Notes: a model not told the origin generated them from the letters alone. A stretch of DNA of 64,000 bases from Haliotis cracherodii (GCF_022045235.1 NW_027266264.1:21576001-21640000); one strand, 5' to 3'. Numbered from the stretch's first letter, positions 1-13,313 are shown. Translations and numbers: made by a program.

Positions 1-2094
1 AGGTATAAGTATTCATTTGTATTAGTAAGAATTTTTTTAATTTTCTTGCGCCTGTTGTACATTACATTTACTGTCGTAGTTTGTTTCTGACTTTGCTAAC
101 GATATTAGGCTGAGACCCCAGAAATGTTTTAAACATTTGATTGCATTTTAAGCAATTTCGTACCGTTTGGACAATATTCATAACAACAAATCTAACAGTG
201 GCAAAAGTCAAATAAACAAAGATGGCGGATGCATTAAAATGTGAGAGTTAAATTAGTACTTTTAAAAAATCGGGGACAGCTTCCGCGCACCCGGCCACAT
301 GGGTTCCAGACATTAATGCCTACGTCCACTTTTGCCTACAGTCACTATTGCCTAGAAAAAAAATAAAGCAGTGTGGAATAATGCCTACACAATGAAAAAA
401 ACATACCCATGCTAGGAATGAACTCCTCCAATATATGATTTCCTTGAAATCATCAAATATCTGCTGGTGTATACTATAAGAACTAATGCAATGATGCAGA
501 AATCATAAATTATTACTGTTAGTGTTATGGCAATGTGAAATAAAAAGTGACTTCATACAATTTTCTGTCTTTTGTCGCCTATCGCCATTATTCCACTAAA
601 GTGGACTTGTCCAGTTAGAGTTTGGGTAGCACTAATAGCGGGCTCTGATCGAAAAGAGGACAATCCGCCACGGTTGTCCGGCAACACGCTATTTTCGGAG
701 TATTTTAAAAAAATCTTTGATTATATTTTGAAGACTGGAGGAACTTTCCAAGGACTGCCCTTTTTTAAAAACGTGATTTTCCGCGTTCCGCCGACATTTG
801 ACATTATAACAATGTATACCCTACAATTAAACCGACAGCTAAGAACAAACTAAATTCAACACTTTTAAGTAATGATAAAATGAAATAGTTTTCATCCTCT
901 GTGTAATCCACTCTGGTGGCTAATCTGCTATGTGCACGAGAGCATGTTACAAATCACATCGCGGCCTCCCCGTACAAACGAATCCAAGCTCAGCACAAAT
1001 CGATTTCAACACTTTCAACATAGAAGTCACCGCCAATGCAATCACCCCCAACAGCTAATCCTCTCAGTGCATTTGATCATAACGTCTACTCACATACCAA
1101 GCACCGCGCCAGGAAAAGTAGCAGACGCCTCAATCGCTTAACCATCAATATCATTGCAGGGAGAGTATGTACTCCCGCTAAGAGTGTGGAGTACTAATTA
1201 AACATTCCAGTAATGTTACACGCCACTATATCATTTTTTGGAACTTGCTCATACTAGTTTACACATACAAAGCAATTATAGAACAATACATAGCAATTGT
1301 CCCCCCTTTACCAACATACACAAAGAAACACTTCATTTTGCACATATATAACAATTATACACGAATACGTAACAATTATCTCCCTTTACCAATATATACA
1401 AAGAAAACAGATTTGGATACATTATATATACAAAATTTTATATTTTTGTATATGTCATATATACAAACTTGTATATTTTTGTATATATCATCATTCCAAT
1501 CTTGTATATGCTTTGGAAATATCATCATTCCAAAGCATATACAAGCTTGTATAGATGGATTTTTTTTGCAGTGCAAGTTTGTGAAAATAATATCTCGCTC
1601 TAGATTACTCATGATGCTTAGAGCGTATGTGGGATCGTTTGACAGATAACTGACCTTATATTCTAGTTAACCGGTTATAGTCTAACTTGTCATCTGATAA
1701 CATTGTCAAGTACCCGTTGAGTACTATAATGCCTGAAAATGCTTTACTTTGGGATAGTCTTTGATCGAAAATGAACTGTTGACACTGCTTGTACTGTGTA
1801 TGAAATGATATTTTAGCTTCGGTAAAAGGCTCACATTCACATGTTAGAAGGCACATCCTTAAACTCTCAAATCTATCGACATATATTTGATATTCACTTT
1901 ACACTTGATAATTGTTACAGGTAAACACGGCTTTTTCAAGTCCATAATTATAAATCTGGCTAAACTACTGGACCTTTAGGGTCCCGTATATAACATAATA
2001 CCTCGTCATTTAAAGTGGATATTGTGTTTGCCATGCATTTGCGTCCTGATGCATGGAACTGATAATGCATATACTTCGTTATATTATTTATTAC

Positions 2095-5000
2095 CTGATA
2101 CAATCCACCGCCTATCGCAGGCCCTGCCATAAAGCCCAAGCCAACCGCCGTCTCAAAAATACCCTGAAACAGAGGTAGTTGCTACACGATACACAAATAT
2201 CAATATCAAATTATATTCATGCCCCAAGTGAAATATTTGTTTCTGTCTTTAAAGTCTAATTATAGTTGTAGGTCAAAGCTAAAATGTTCCTGGACATAAC
2301 CACAACGGAAGTCGTTGATGGCATGGTTCATTGAAATATTGATACTCAACTCAACTTTATTTGGAGGTCACCGAGAGAGTTTGTTGAAAATGTGGAGTCT
2401 GTTATTGAGGGCAGGGAATTGGTATTAGAAAAGATATATGGTCAGCTACAGCTGCAAAACCGTATATTTTATTCCAACAATATGAAGCATAACTATTTCT
2501 TCAAGAATGTTCTGGGACAATTTATTTTTTTTAATGGTCGGCCCGTAACAAGATACCGAAGGTACTATGGTCGTTTCAGTTTTCATTTCCAGCGTGAAAA
2601 ACGCAGATCGAAATATGCTGAAATGACTGTAAGGAAAGCGGTCTTATAAAGGTCAAGGTTCACAATCGAATGCCAAGCATGACAGAGAAGTGATATGCGC
2701 TAACCCTGCAAATATACGAAATGTATGCACAAATTTTATATCAGCGGTAATAATAAAGCATACGTCATACATGTACTAAACTTGTCGTACATATTCACCA
2801 TATCAACAGTTTCACAGTAAATCAAAAGATTTGTCTCTGATACTATTTACGAAGTCTTACATATATCGACCCTATGTTATCTGGATAGTTTTGGCTGGCG
2901 ATCAGGAAGGATGAAGATATCAATGAAGATACTCCCGTTGCTTCGATCATCCTGACAGCAAAGCAGGTAACGATGAAGGGAAGGCCAGGCGAAGACATGT
3001 CCAAAGTCCTGAAGTTCAGAAAGGCAACAGTACATAAATATGCTCCACATGGAGTCTTAACTAGAACTATACTCTTTTCGCAAACACCTGATGTCATAAC
3101 TGATTTTTAGTGATCCATTCATACAATTTTCAACTTTAATTTGCCTTTTACACCCTGTGGGATATGTTTTGGCAGATAATCGTGGGTGGTTATTCTCTGG
3201 CGTTTTACGTATATTATCTCATTAGAACCTAATCAGCATGTATAATGTTGATCCCTATAGTTTTGTGACAATCATTACTTTTACGACCACTACATACAGT
3301 ACACTACGTAACTATCAGTCGAAATACAGTTTAGTTTGTGACGTCGAAGTTAGAAACTGCACGTTCACTGTTACGACTTTATGTTATGAGTACGTGAGTG
3401 AGTATGGTTTTACGCCGAATTTAGCAATATTCCACCAATATCACGGCGGGGGACACCAGAAATGGGCTTCACATATCGTACCTATGTGGGGAATTAAACC
3501 CGGCCTTCGGCTAAACGAGAGAACGCTTTAACCACTAGACTACCCCACAGCCCCTGACATCATGATATGAATCAACGAAAAGCCTGAAACGTTGACAGTG
3601 AAAACGCATTCCACAGTTGCATAATATGTTATGCCGTGTAATTCTTACAACTATATCAGTTTGACGTTAATGTGTACATTTTTATTACTTGTTAGTGCGG
3701 TTGATTACTGTTTTATGCCTTCATATTTCATATATACAGTAAGGTAGAATTTTCCATGTATCACATAAAAAACGCTGGAATTCAGCAGGAATGTCTCTAG
3801 CCCCGCATATAGTCAATGTAAGAGCTTTTCAACACTACACTACATCAATGCCCTCTTGTATATTATTGGCCTCCATAGCCGGATAAAAGGGGTAGCCTAT
3901 TGATTAAGGCGTTAAGGCGTCTCACCCAAAGAGAATCGTTGTCGAACCAATTATCAATATTCCGGTAATGTAGAAGAAACGTGGACTGGCTGTAGATATC
4001 TGAAATAACAAACAATGTTTAGAACATCCACCGTTACTTATACATGTCTGAGATGATGCAAATGCGCAAAAGTCAAGTAATATACTACCTGGCAAAAGAC
4101 TCCCGTGGCTAAACATGAAACAAACAAGAAATGGATATTCAATGATGATGTGAAGATTACATCAGCTGGTATCTCACAACAGGTGACGTGCACATAACGC
4201 CGAATTGGACATGGGCACAGTATGTGCAGAGTAAAGCAGGTTTTGTCATGATCAGTTTGAGGTTGGTCACATATACCAGACATTCTCAATCGCGAATATG
4301 ACGAGCACAAGCACCAATGCACGCTTGTCGTCCCATCGATGTCGTCAGCTGCCTGTTGACGTCATTGGAAATCCGCAGACATTCGCCCCTCAGTGCGGCT
4401 GTCAGCTGTTGGCTGTACTGTGGTGGATTAGCTAGGACTTCTTCTGATCAGACCATCAAGATGATCCCACAAGTCGGTTAACTATGGGGTACGAGCTGGC
4501 CACTGAAGAACTGGTCCCGGTTGATGTACATGTTGGAGAATGAATCATGGTGTGATAGTGCTAACATTTGCTTAAAACTTCATGTCAAATATGAACATAA
4601 AAATCACAGTTTATAAAGTTCACACATGCATCTTTGCAGTGAATCCTCGGATATCTGACATATCTGACATTTAGGCTGTAACGACATGTCACCAGACATG
4701 AATTAGACAATAGATGCCTGTTTGCGTTGCAGTCACCGGCTGCATGTCATTTCCAGATTGCCAAGTTGACCGTCGGAGGTCAAACTGATATGCTGTTGGC
4801 GCTACTAAACGTCAGCCTTTGTTTTTTAAGTACCATAATCCGCTTATAGGTAGACAAAAGTTGGTAACTTGTTTTAGAAAACTACGATAATGCGCAAACC
4901 TGTACTACCGTAATTCGTCTTTAAATATGTCCATCATAAATGTTGCATCATTTCAAGCTGACGGGTCATTGTGAATTTGAAATTATTTTGTTTTTGTATC

Positions 5001-8000
5001 GTTTTAAGGTTAAAACAAGTTCCAGTTTGAAATTATTTCTGTATAAATATATAATGTTCAAAACATTATTCTATTCAGCTCATCAAAAATATAGTAATGT
5101 CTTGAAACCAAATCATCTGCAATAATGTAATTTATGAGTATTCATATGTTTATGTAATTAATTACATTAAAATGTTTCTTGGTTATTGATTGTTTAGCAC
5201 ATTGCATCTGAATCAATCTTGGAACTCTGATGTCATCATTTATCCATTCATATATTCTATTTTAAGGCAAGATTACCGAGAGACCGTTCTCATTGGTAAC
5301 ACCACGGGTTGAAGAACGACATTCCTACATATCTGGTCGTTGATGTTGCCACGGACAATAAGTACCGTCCGTTGGTTACCACATATTTTCTCCCCAAACC
5401 ATCACCCCTCTGCTACATGTACATGCACTTCCTGAATGCATCCTGGCATTCCCCTTGCGCCGAAAAGCCCGAATACGGCCATCATTATTGAATAAGCAGA
5501 AGCTTCTTTTGTCAGTAATAACACTCTCTGTTAGTCACGGATCTGCCGGCGTTGTTCTAACCTCACCGAATGCCGACCCTTTTCGACGTCAATGTTCAGT
5601 GGTCAAGGCCATATTCCACGTATGAGGCGGTAGACTCCAGTTTCTGCGACTCGGAGATGTCTTAGCACAGAGCGTCGTCTGATGCGGTGTTCTAACGCTG
5701 TTGCTGCCGTTTCTGCTTTTGTGACGAAACTGTTGCGCAATGTGTTGAGGTACCTGGCATCATGTGACGTCGTCATGTGTGGTCTACCCGTCTGTTTGTT
5801 ATTATGAGGATGGAACAAGGTTACACATGAACAATTGGAGTTTCTTGCAATTGGTGGTGCTTGGCACCATTCTGCTCATTTCTGCTCATTTCAAACACGC
5901 CCTCTCTCTGTGTTGTGCAGCTTTAGGTGACATATTGTTTGTGCATTTATATAACCTGTGATGGTTTGGCAGTGAACTATTGCATTTTGTACCATTTCTG
6001 CACGTACAGTTTTACGGGTACCTGAAAAAGGTATTTGGTGAGTTTTCGCAGCTGCACTTGAATCTTCCAAACTAACTGGTTCTGTTTTGGACTTTAAGCG
6101 TAACGTTTTCAGTCTTGTCACGTTTTGATAACGTTTATATTTTTTGTCAGGCAGATCATATCAGTTACGGGACGGTGGAGTAGCCTAGTGGTTACAGCGT
6201 TCGCTCCTCACGCCGAATACCAGGGTACGATTCCCCACAAGAGTACAATGTGTGAAGCAAATTGCTGGTGTCTCCCGCCGTGATATTGCTGGAATATTGA
6301 TAAAAGTGGCATATAACCTTACCCACCTACTCACTACTGTTATCAGTAACAGCGGTGCCACATCAATTTGACTTCAGGAATTGTTTACTACTAATCGAAC
6401 TACCTGTGCTGGCGGGCGATAAACAGTGATACATATTTTAGCCATATGACAATGTATGTACTATAGCATGTTCTTACCCAAACCGTCAGTGTGGTGTGTA
6501 AGCCGGAAGTGGTCATAAAATTATCTAGAAGCATGGGCTTTTTCTTTCAAAGATGTTCTGCATTTGGGGCTGTGTGGGGTCGTACCGGCATTATTTCGGC
6601 CATATAGCGAAGAGTCACCTGATGTGGCAAGGTCAAATGTGGATGGGTCTGCTCCTATTTGTGCATTTAATGTGAACACATTTCAAGGCAGCATACCATT
6701 CAATGTTAGATTGGTATACAATATAAGTGTGAGCTAGCAGATAACCAAAGTGGTTCATGAACGAATTGAATGACACTTGCAGAAAGCCCCCTTCATCTCA
6801 TTATTGTCTTTTTATTCCAATTAGATCCTTGAGCCAAGACGAATAGAGAGTATTTTATACTCTGCCAATATAATGTAGGCAGTCTGTAATGCTTTTTTAT
6901 GCGTGGTTTAATATTCATAGGGCAACCATGTCAAAGATGATGAACCCGATCTATCTGAAGAATCTTCTGTTTGTAGCATTACGAGAATAAGGTCTTACGT
7001 GCCGAGGTGAATGTTTGTTGTAAAAAGAAAATTTCGGAGAGGGTCATCAGACGCACAAAAATCCAGTAGCAGAAGGTTATTAAAGTCGATCTATCATCGT
7101 TATTGAGCAGCCTTATCTAGATAGTTACTAAAGTGTAAGACATTTGACTTACCAAAATTCCAAATAGCGGGGACACCAAGAAGATCACTAATTCTGAGCT
7201 ACTGTAGATTAACCCAATGAGGGTTTCCCCCAATCCTTTCTTTTTTGCCTGGAAAGAAACAGGTAGTTTACCATAAGACAAGATGACAAGTTATTATCCC
7301 GAGGGAAATTTGGGTTACAAGATCTCAGCTTATTAATGAGCACACATATACTCAACAACAACAGTTCCTGTGACACCAATATTTTAGTGTACTTTTCAAA
7401 CAAGTAAAGTTTGGTTTTCAATATTGTAGTACATGTATGGAATCAAGTCACAACAACGCACCTGCTACAGAACAGCATGCATTCCATACAAAAGTTGACT
7501 TTTATGCTAGCCCCATGCATTTCACTACCCAAGAATGGGTATAAAACATGTGCGTTAACGGGATTCCCTATGCATTGTTTAGCATCATGCTGACAACAAC
7601 CACTCAGAAAAACAACAAAATTACGCAATTATTCAACATTATGAAAAGCCACGCCTGTCCGAAAATGAGCGTCTGCGAGCCATTGGTATGCTTGAAGCAG
7701 GATCGGGTCAACGTGATGTTGCAAGACAATATAACGTCCACAGAAACACCAGTTGGTGTTTACGGCAACGTTGGCAACAGACGAATGCAGTCAGAGACCA
7801 TCCTCTGAGTAGCAGGCCACGCTTAACCAATAATCGACAAGACAACTGGATTCGAACAACACACCTACGAAATCGATTCCAGCCAGCAACAGTGACTGCA
7901 AGAAGCCTCCCTGGCCTTCGAAGAATATCTTCACAAATCGTACGTCGTCGCCTCAGATGTGCAGGGATTGTCGCCAGAAGACCCGCCAGACGTCCCATTT

Positions 8001-10435
8001 TACCGTCAACCACCGTCAAGCACGTCTACAGTGGTGCAGACAGCCTCTACGCTGGTCGGCCATGCAATGGGGACAAGTTCTATTCACTCACCTCAGCCAC
8101 AGCGATGGACCGGTTCGAGTGTACCGACGTCAAGGTGAACGTTACGTCAATCATTGTGTCATGGAAGAAGATCGGTTCAGGGGCGGCAGCGTTATGGCAT
8201 GGGTTGGGATTACAGCAAGACAGAGGACTTTTGAAAGTGTTATCTCTTATCAGGGAAATCTCAATGGACAGTGCTACCGCGACGAGATCATCAGCCCTGT
8301 TTTTCTTCCGTTTTTGCGTCCTCCTGGCCCAGGCATTACCTTTCAACATGACAACGCCCGGCCTCATATTGCTCGACTTGTCGGGCTTCTCTTCAAAAAC
8401 GTGAATGTCATCCCCTAGGCCTGGCCGGCTCGCTCCCCTGAACCCACACCAATCGAGCACATGTGGGATGAGATGGATCGGCGCCTTTGACGTCAACCAC
8501 GTGATCCACAGACACTCCAGGAACTTCGAAACATGCTCCAGCAGATATGGACAGATATCCCACAGGACTTTATGGGACGCCTGGTCCATTCCATGAGACG
8601 AAGATGTGTTGCTTGCATCGCAACCAGAGGTGGACACACACGCGATTGATTTGCAAATTGACATTTTGGCATGTTCATGTTTTTTTATATGAAATCACTC
8701 ATTTTCTGAAGTCAGTATGGCAAATTAAACCATTTGAAGACTTACAGAAGTCTTTTATCTGTTGCAAACCGAAACTGTTTCAGATTTGGTAAAAAACATT
8801 TAATCTTATTCAATGTCACAGGAACTTTTGTTGTTCAGTATACAAATAAATAAGAGCACTCAAACGTAATCAACATTAAATCTGGCACAAGCAAACAAAT
8901 GCTAAACAATGATTTATCACAAAACCCATTATGAAACCTGATACCAGCTGGTATGAATGAATTCCGGGCCCTGTTTGTTGTCAACATCGGCATTCGTATT
9001 CGGCGGCCAGAAGGAAGAAGTTGATACTCCGAATATAAAACATGCGAGATAAGCTTAAAAATTTATTTACTTTATTAACTTTTGCTGTGTATAAATACTA
9101 CCGATGTCTTGGAGAGATGGCAATGGTGTTATTCTCCATGTTACAGATTTTGCACAGGTTTCAGAACCAGCTTGAGAAGCTAAAAGTCAGACTTCATAAA
9201 TGTTATATAAAAACGATGACATGATATATATATATATAAATACAGCTCCTAAAAGACTAATCGTCATTATCCGACGGATAATTGCATGTATGTGCTTATT
9301 CATGATATGTCATTGTTCTATTTTTTGTTTGTTTCTACGTTTGTTTGTTGTTTAACGCCGCACTCAGCAATAGTCAAGCTATATGAGGTTTTCTTTTATA
9401 TTAAACGCCGCACTCAAAAATATTTTAGCTGAGTTCGGCATGTAAATAATCCAGTCGGGACCAGGTAATCCAGTGATTGACATTATGAGCATCGACCCCA
9501 ACTCTACGATGACACGCTACTGACAAAGTCACCGTGGCTGACCGTCTGATCATCAAGTGACCTCCCATAGTGAGTGAGTGAGTGAGTGAGTGAGTTGGGT
9601 TTAACGCCGCTTTTAACATTATTCCAGTTATATCACGGCGTGTCAGCTTAATGTGGGAGGAAAGCCCGAAGTGATACAGGTCTCAGACGTTTACCACTTC
9701 GGTGAAACCCCCGAGCACGGGTATGGTGCTGACAAACCTAGAAACATAATCGGGGTGAACCGGGATTCGAACCCACAATCATAGGTTTCTGGCGTGTCCA
9801 AGGGACGCAACTCTGCACAGCGAATCGCGGCGCCTTAGACGACTGGGCCACCTGTGCCCCCTCTGACCTCCCATAACATGCATGGGTTGATTTGTGCATT
9901 CACTGATCCGGAATACCCACGTGGTCAGTAATATACAGGTGCATTAGTGGAGAGAAACATATCTTTGATGTGCCAGTAAGCCGCGTGGTACGCTCAAATC
10001 TCAGATTATTCGTATGTAATCACCATGTCTCACTACAACGCAGAAGATTATCGTGGTTTGCCTTTAAAGTACGAATACGACTGGGTGCGAATAACCCGCG
10101 TATTCCTGCATAACGTAATGTAATGTTTTATTTCCCTCATTCGGGGTTGTTTGGGACGCAAATATGCCACACAAAAATAACTATGGAGTTCTACGATGCC
10201 CAAGAGGGAATTTGACGAAATAGTGGGCTGCAGTGTAAGCTCATCTGACTCGCCTGTTCAGTTCTATACATACCTCGATTGGAAAAAATGGGTCCATCAA
10301 CGATAAACTTGTCCATGCAATAAAGTTTGATATGACCATCGCGGAGATAATACACTTCTTCCTGATACTCTCCTTCGCGTCCCTTTTTGGCAAAAGAGCT
10401 TGTCCATCTGATTTGGTGGAGCCTGTCACTTCCAT
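2095..10435 (-). CDS. SLC18B1: SLC18B1-like MFS vesicular amine/polyamine transporter, paralog A (5' part; continues beyond left edge of window)
   Basis: Five GT-AG exons in consistent phase: 10435-10274 (MEVTG...SLMDPFFPIE), 7248-7153 (AKKKGLGETLIGLIYSSSELVIFLVSPLFGIL), 3999-3926 (ISTASPRFFYITGILIIGSTTILFG), 3008-2861 (TLDMSSPGLPFIVTCFAVRMIEATG...YPDNIGSIY), 2163-2095 (GIFETAVGLGFMAGPAIGGGLYQ). Motifs PFFPxEA.KKG and G..ET..GLG...GP..GG.LYQ match SLC18B1. Exon 2-5 lengths (96/74/148/69) equal those of paralog B. Confidence 0.9.
3387..3554 (-). mobile_element. tRNA-derived SINE family A
   Basis: Reverse-complement homolog of 6169-6335. Confidence 0.85.
4280..5900 (-). mobile_element. Older, fragmented Tc1-like transposase remnant (interrupted at about 4545-5290)
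   Basis: Minus-strand pieces: GRPHMTT..D.RYL..LRN.FVT (5600-5820) and VLQWPARTP..LWDHLD...SM.RQACI (4280-4520). Confidence 0.65.
6169..6335 (+). mobile_element. tRNA-derived SINE family A
   Basis: A box tagcctagtggtt, B-box-like ggtacgattccc, LINE-like tail ccgtgatattgctggaatattg...(actc)n. Confidence 0.85.
7349..8840 (+). mobile_element. Tc1-family DNA transposon, full length, inactivated
   Basis: TIRs tactcaacaacaacagttcctgtgaca / rc tactgaacaacaaaagttcctgtgaca, TA on both sides. Transposase about 7646-8650 (PRLSENERLRAIGMLEAG...RRRLR...GGSVMAW...FQHDNARPH...IEHMWD) has frameshifts, a lost ATG and a deleted first catalytic D. Confidence 0.92.
9570..9863 (-). mobile_element. tRNA-derived SINE family C (V-SINE-like body) with 12-bp TSD
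   Basis: A box tggcccagtcg, B box ggttcgaatcc, (actc)n tail; TSD tgacctcccata at 9558-9569 and 9864-9875. Confidence 0.88.
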
Positions 10436-11055
10436 GGCTCGTCTCCAGTTACTCTCCTAGATTTGTAATTGTTCGTATCTGAATGGCAACAAAATGTATT
10501 GTTTGGTATTAAACGTTCCAAAAGATTGGTAGATTGTATCACTCGGAGTTTGTGGCATTCGTTACAAAATAAAAAGCTTTAGAATGAATTTGATAGAAAA
10601 TAATGATTGATGTTTTGTGTTTAAAATAATGTATAAACAGGGCATATAGCTGAGGACTCAAATTTATGTTCTTTATTGATACTCTTGCTACAGGCAGGCC
10701 GTAGCCGTTGCCATAATCGTCGAGGCAATGAGTAGGTTTTATGCCACTCTTTACAGACTTCAAACCCGGAATGGGCATTGCATTAATTAATTTGGACATG
10801 GAATTTCAACCCGGATTACAGGCGATGCTTTAACCCTGATCGTTGATGTTCTGTGTCGGATGTGGCGATGTCCATGTAACAACAGCGCGTTTAAATGTTT
10901 TCAGTTATGCAAGGAGTTGTCTCAGCTCAACGGTTAAACCTCGAATCAATAAAGGTCAGACATGCTTACAACATTCAGCAGAGACACTGGAAACATTCTG
11001 TGGTTCACAGAATTGGTACGGCGATCAGCCTCGTATTATCATATGCTCAGTATTG

Positions 11056-11057
<2 letters not shown>

Positions 11058-11106
<49 letters not shown>

Positions 11107-11110
11107 TTAC
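11058..11110 (+). repeat. (TAA)n microsatellite
   Basis: About 15 ATA units. Confidence 0.95.
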
Positions 11111-11111
11111 A

Positions 11112-11470
11112 ACAATAAATACAAAAGTCTTTGGAATAGTCCCGTACAGAGCATCAGACCTATCCAGGCCTACAAACCTGATATTGTCCTTTTTTTAATA
11201 AATCCAATGAAATCATTTGTACCATTGAAGTTTCTGTCCCGTTTGACACTAATGTGATTGACAAGATTCAGGCAAAAACATGGCAAATATGCAGACATCG
11301 TTTTCGAAATGTCACGCTTGCATTCCAAGTACCCAGTTGTCCGCCTCCCCATTGTTCTCGGTTCCTTAGGTTTGGTTCCTCCCAATCTGTTGACTGACAA
11401 TGGGAGAGTACCCGGGTTTTCGACACAGCAAACCTGACATAAATCATGCATAGGGATACGGTTATTGAAA
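11112..11470 (+). mobile_element. R4/Dong-clade (RLE) non-LTR retrotransposon 3' fragment
   Basis: KPDIVLFNK..IICTIEVSVPFDTNVIDK...KYADIVFEM.RL...PIVLGSLG (PD..E restriction-like endonuclease), directly after a (TAA)n array. Confidence 0.75.
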
Positions 11471-12094
11471 GTTACAGCGTAAAACTTCAGCTAGATCCCT
11501 TGCTAACAGATAAGATTTCTCGACTCCACATAACACCAAGGAAAATATGCACAAAACAAATCTTACCTTGTAGCGCTTAAACCCAAAGCAAATAGGCTAG
11601 CATACAACCATATCATAGTTCTATCTGCTTGCGCTTCACTTCCAGTTGCAATATAAGATATTTCTACGTATACATATTTTACCTGGACATAAGTTCCCGA
11701 GACAGTTGTAAAATGTCACTTTGTCTGTTATAGAATCATAGCCCCAGTCGCCAAACTTCAAGAATCAATATCTCCAATAGACGTTGTAGGACGTATTAAT
11801 TAGTTGAAAACTGGGACATCATTGTTGGGATATCACAATATGCTATAGGAAATACAGCACCATGAAATTGCATCATGTTGTCATGTAAAGCTCTTGATGC
11901 CCCTCAAATGGGAATAATACACTGACAGCCGGAGCATAAAACAATAAGCAATGTTCGGGAATATCATTGCATGAGTAATGATACAATGGATATGGTTAAT
12001 GGAATCATTAGAGCGTAATTATGTTCATTCTGCTGAGAAACAAAATTAATTTATAATTAACAACGACAATGTACATTTCCGTTTGTTCTATGCA

Positions 12095-12350
12095 GGTCTT
12101 TCCTAGCTGTACTCGTGTTTCAGCTTATAGAAATGATTGCTTTATACATTATCTTACACGTTTTCTATTTAAATAAATATGTTGAATATGTTTAGAACAT
12201 TAATCATAGTCCTCAGTTACATGTATATGTCCTGTGTTCATAAGGCGTCACACGACTCTTGCTCAAAAGTTGTTTGATCAAGGTTACAACAGTCAAGGCC
12301 TCGGTAAAGCTTTCAAAACGTTTAATGGAAGACATGTGGATGACATTTCT
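12095..12350 (+). mobile_element. Penelope-like RT thumb fragment
   Basis: RHTTLAQKLFDQGY...LGKAFKTFNGRH; similar to 33220-33320. Confidence 0.55.
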
Positions 12351-12409
12351 AATTTTGACAAAAATTATGTCCGATGCAATTCACTTTTTTAACCCGTGTT
12401 TTTTTTCAG

Positions 12410-12572
12410 GTGAACAATTGTATGCTTTTCCGCCGCTTCTAGCAGTATTCCAGCAATATTATGGCAGGGGCCGCCAGAAATGGGCTTCACGAATTGTACA
12501 CATGTGGAGAATCGAACCCGGGTCTTCGGCATGACTAACGAACGCTAAAGCAATATGCTACCCCACCAACCC
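12410..12572 (-). mobile_element. tRNA-derived SINE family A
   Basis: rc contains gccgaagacccgggttcgattc and the shared tail. Confidence 0.8.
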
Positions 12573-13206
12573 TTGCTTAACATAACATTATTTGTTTTGA
12601 GGGTTAGGTTTGTCTACAGTTCAATCGTCCTCTAACATATCGCGGAATGTTCCACAAAGGGAATGTGGTCAAGGCATATATATCTATTATGAAAACAGAA
12701 ATGTCAATAATTTGGTTACAGAGAAAATATCACCCGGTGAGACGGAGGATTGGACCAGGAACATAAAGCTTGGTCTCGCTTGAGGGCCAATTATAATGGA
12801 GGATTCTGTAATCATTTTTGTAATTGTAAAATGACTATCCATCCTTTCTTTACGTATGTGAGGTTTTAGTTTGGTTTATAAAATCAAAATGAATTCTCGT
12901 TGTTTTATATACATGGTAAAAATTATTTCGTGGATATCCCTAGCGGGATGACCTTTATCCATTCAACCCTGTACCACATATATTTTGTACGAATTTATTG
13001 TCTCACAACATGTGGTTAATAAACGATTGTTGTTTGGTCTTCGGCGTGAAAAGCGAACGATTAAACTACTAGGCTACCCCACCGCCCCTACCAGTTTTGA
13101 ACTTGGATTCGAAAATGTAGGTAGAAGAACTAGAAGACAAATGCTGAATGGTAATGGAAGATGTGACAAGATCAGCAGACCTTCATTTTTTTCTGGTGAA
13201 CTTCAG

Positions 13207-13313
13207 GGCCCCGTTCCACAAAGCGATCTTAGTGCTACGTTGATCGTAAGCCAATGATAAAGTATGGGAGTTACGACCAACTTAGCACTAAGATCGCTTT
13301 GTGGAACGGGGCT
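13207..13313. mobile_element. 107-bp palindromic MITE (PIF/Harbinger-like, CAG TSD)
   Basis: ggccccgttccacaaagcgatcttagtgcta...tagcactaagatcgctttgtggaacggggct flanked by cag on both sides. Confidence 0.8.

Noticed and set aside
1245-1649. 134-aa I/Y-rich ORF
   Set aside because: Low-complexity AT-rich sequence with short local duplications.
6169-6240. tRNA genes at SINE heads (also 3480-3554, 9750-9860, 59622-59690)
   Set aside because: No intact acceptor stem; each continues into a SINE body and LINE-like tail.
7025-7056. Hammerhead-like CTGATGA...GAAA on the minus strand
   Set aside because: No stem II pairing and no matching stem I/III with an NUH site found.
8080-8664. 194-aa minus-strand ORF
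   Set aside because: Antisense shadow of the Tc1 transposase.
10962-11198. Poly-Ile ORF (and poly-CV ORF at 45630-46004)
   Set aside because: Translations of the (ATA)n and (TG)n microsatellites.
11562-11700. Possible 5' UTR exon of paralog A (donor-like caag|gtaaga on the minus strand)
   Set aside because: Splice-site resemblance only; cannot be supported without transcripts.
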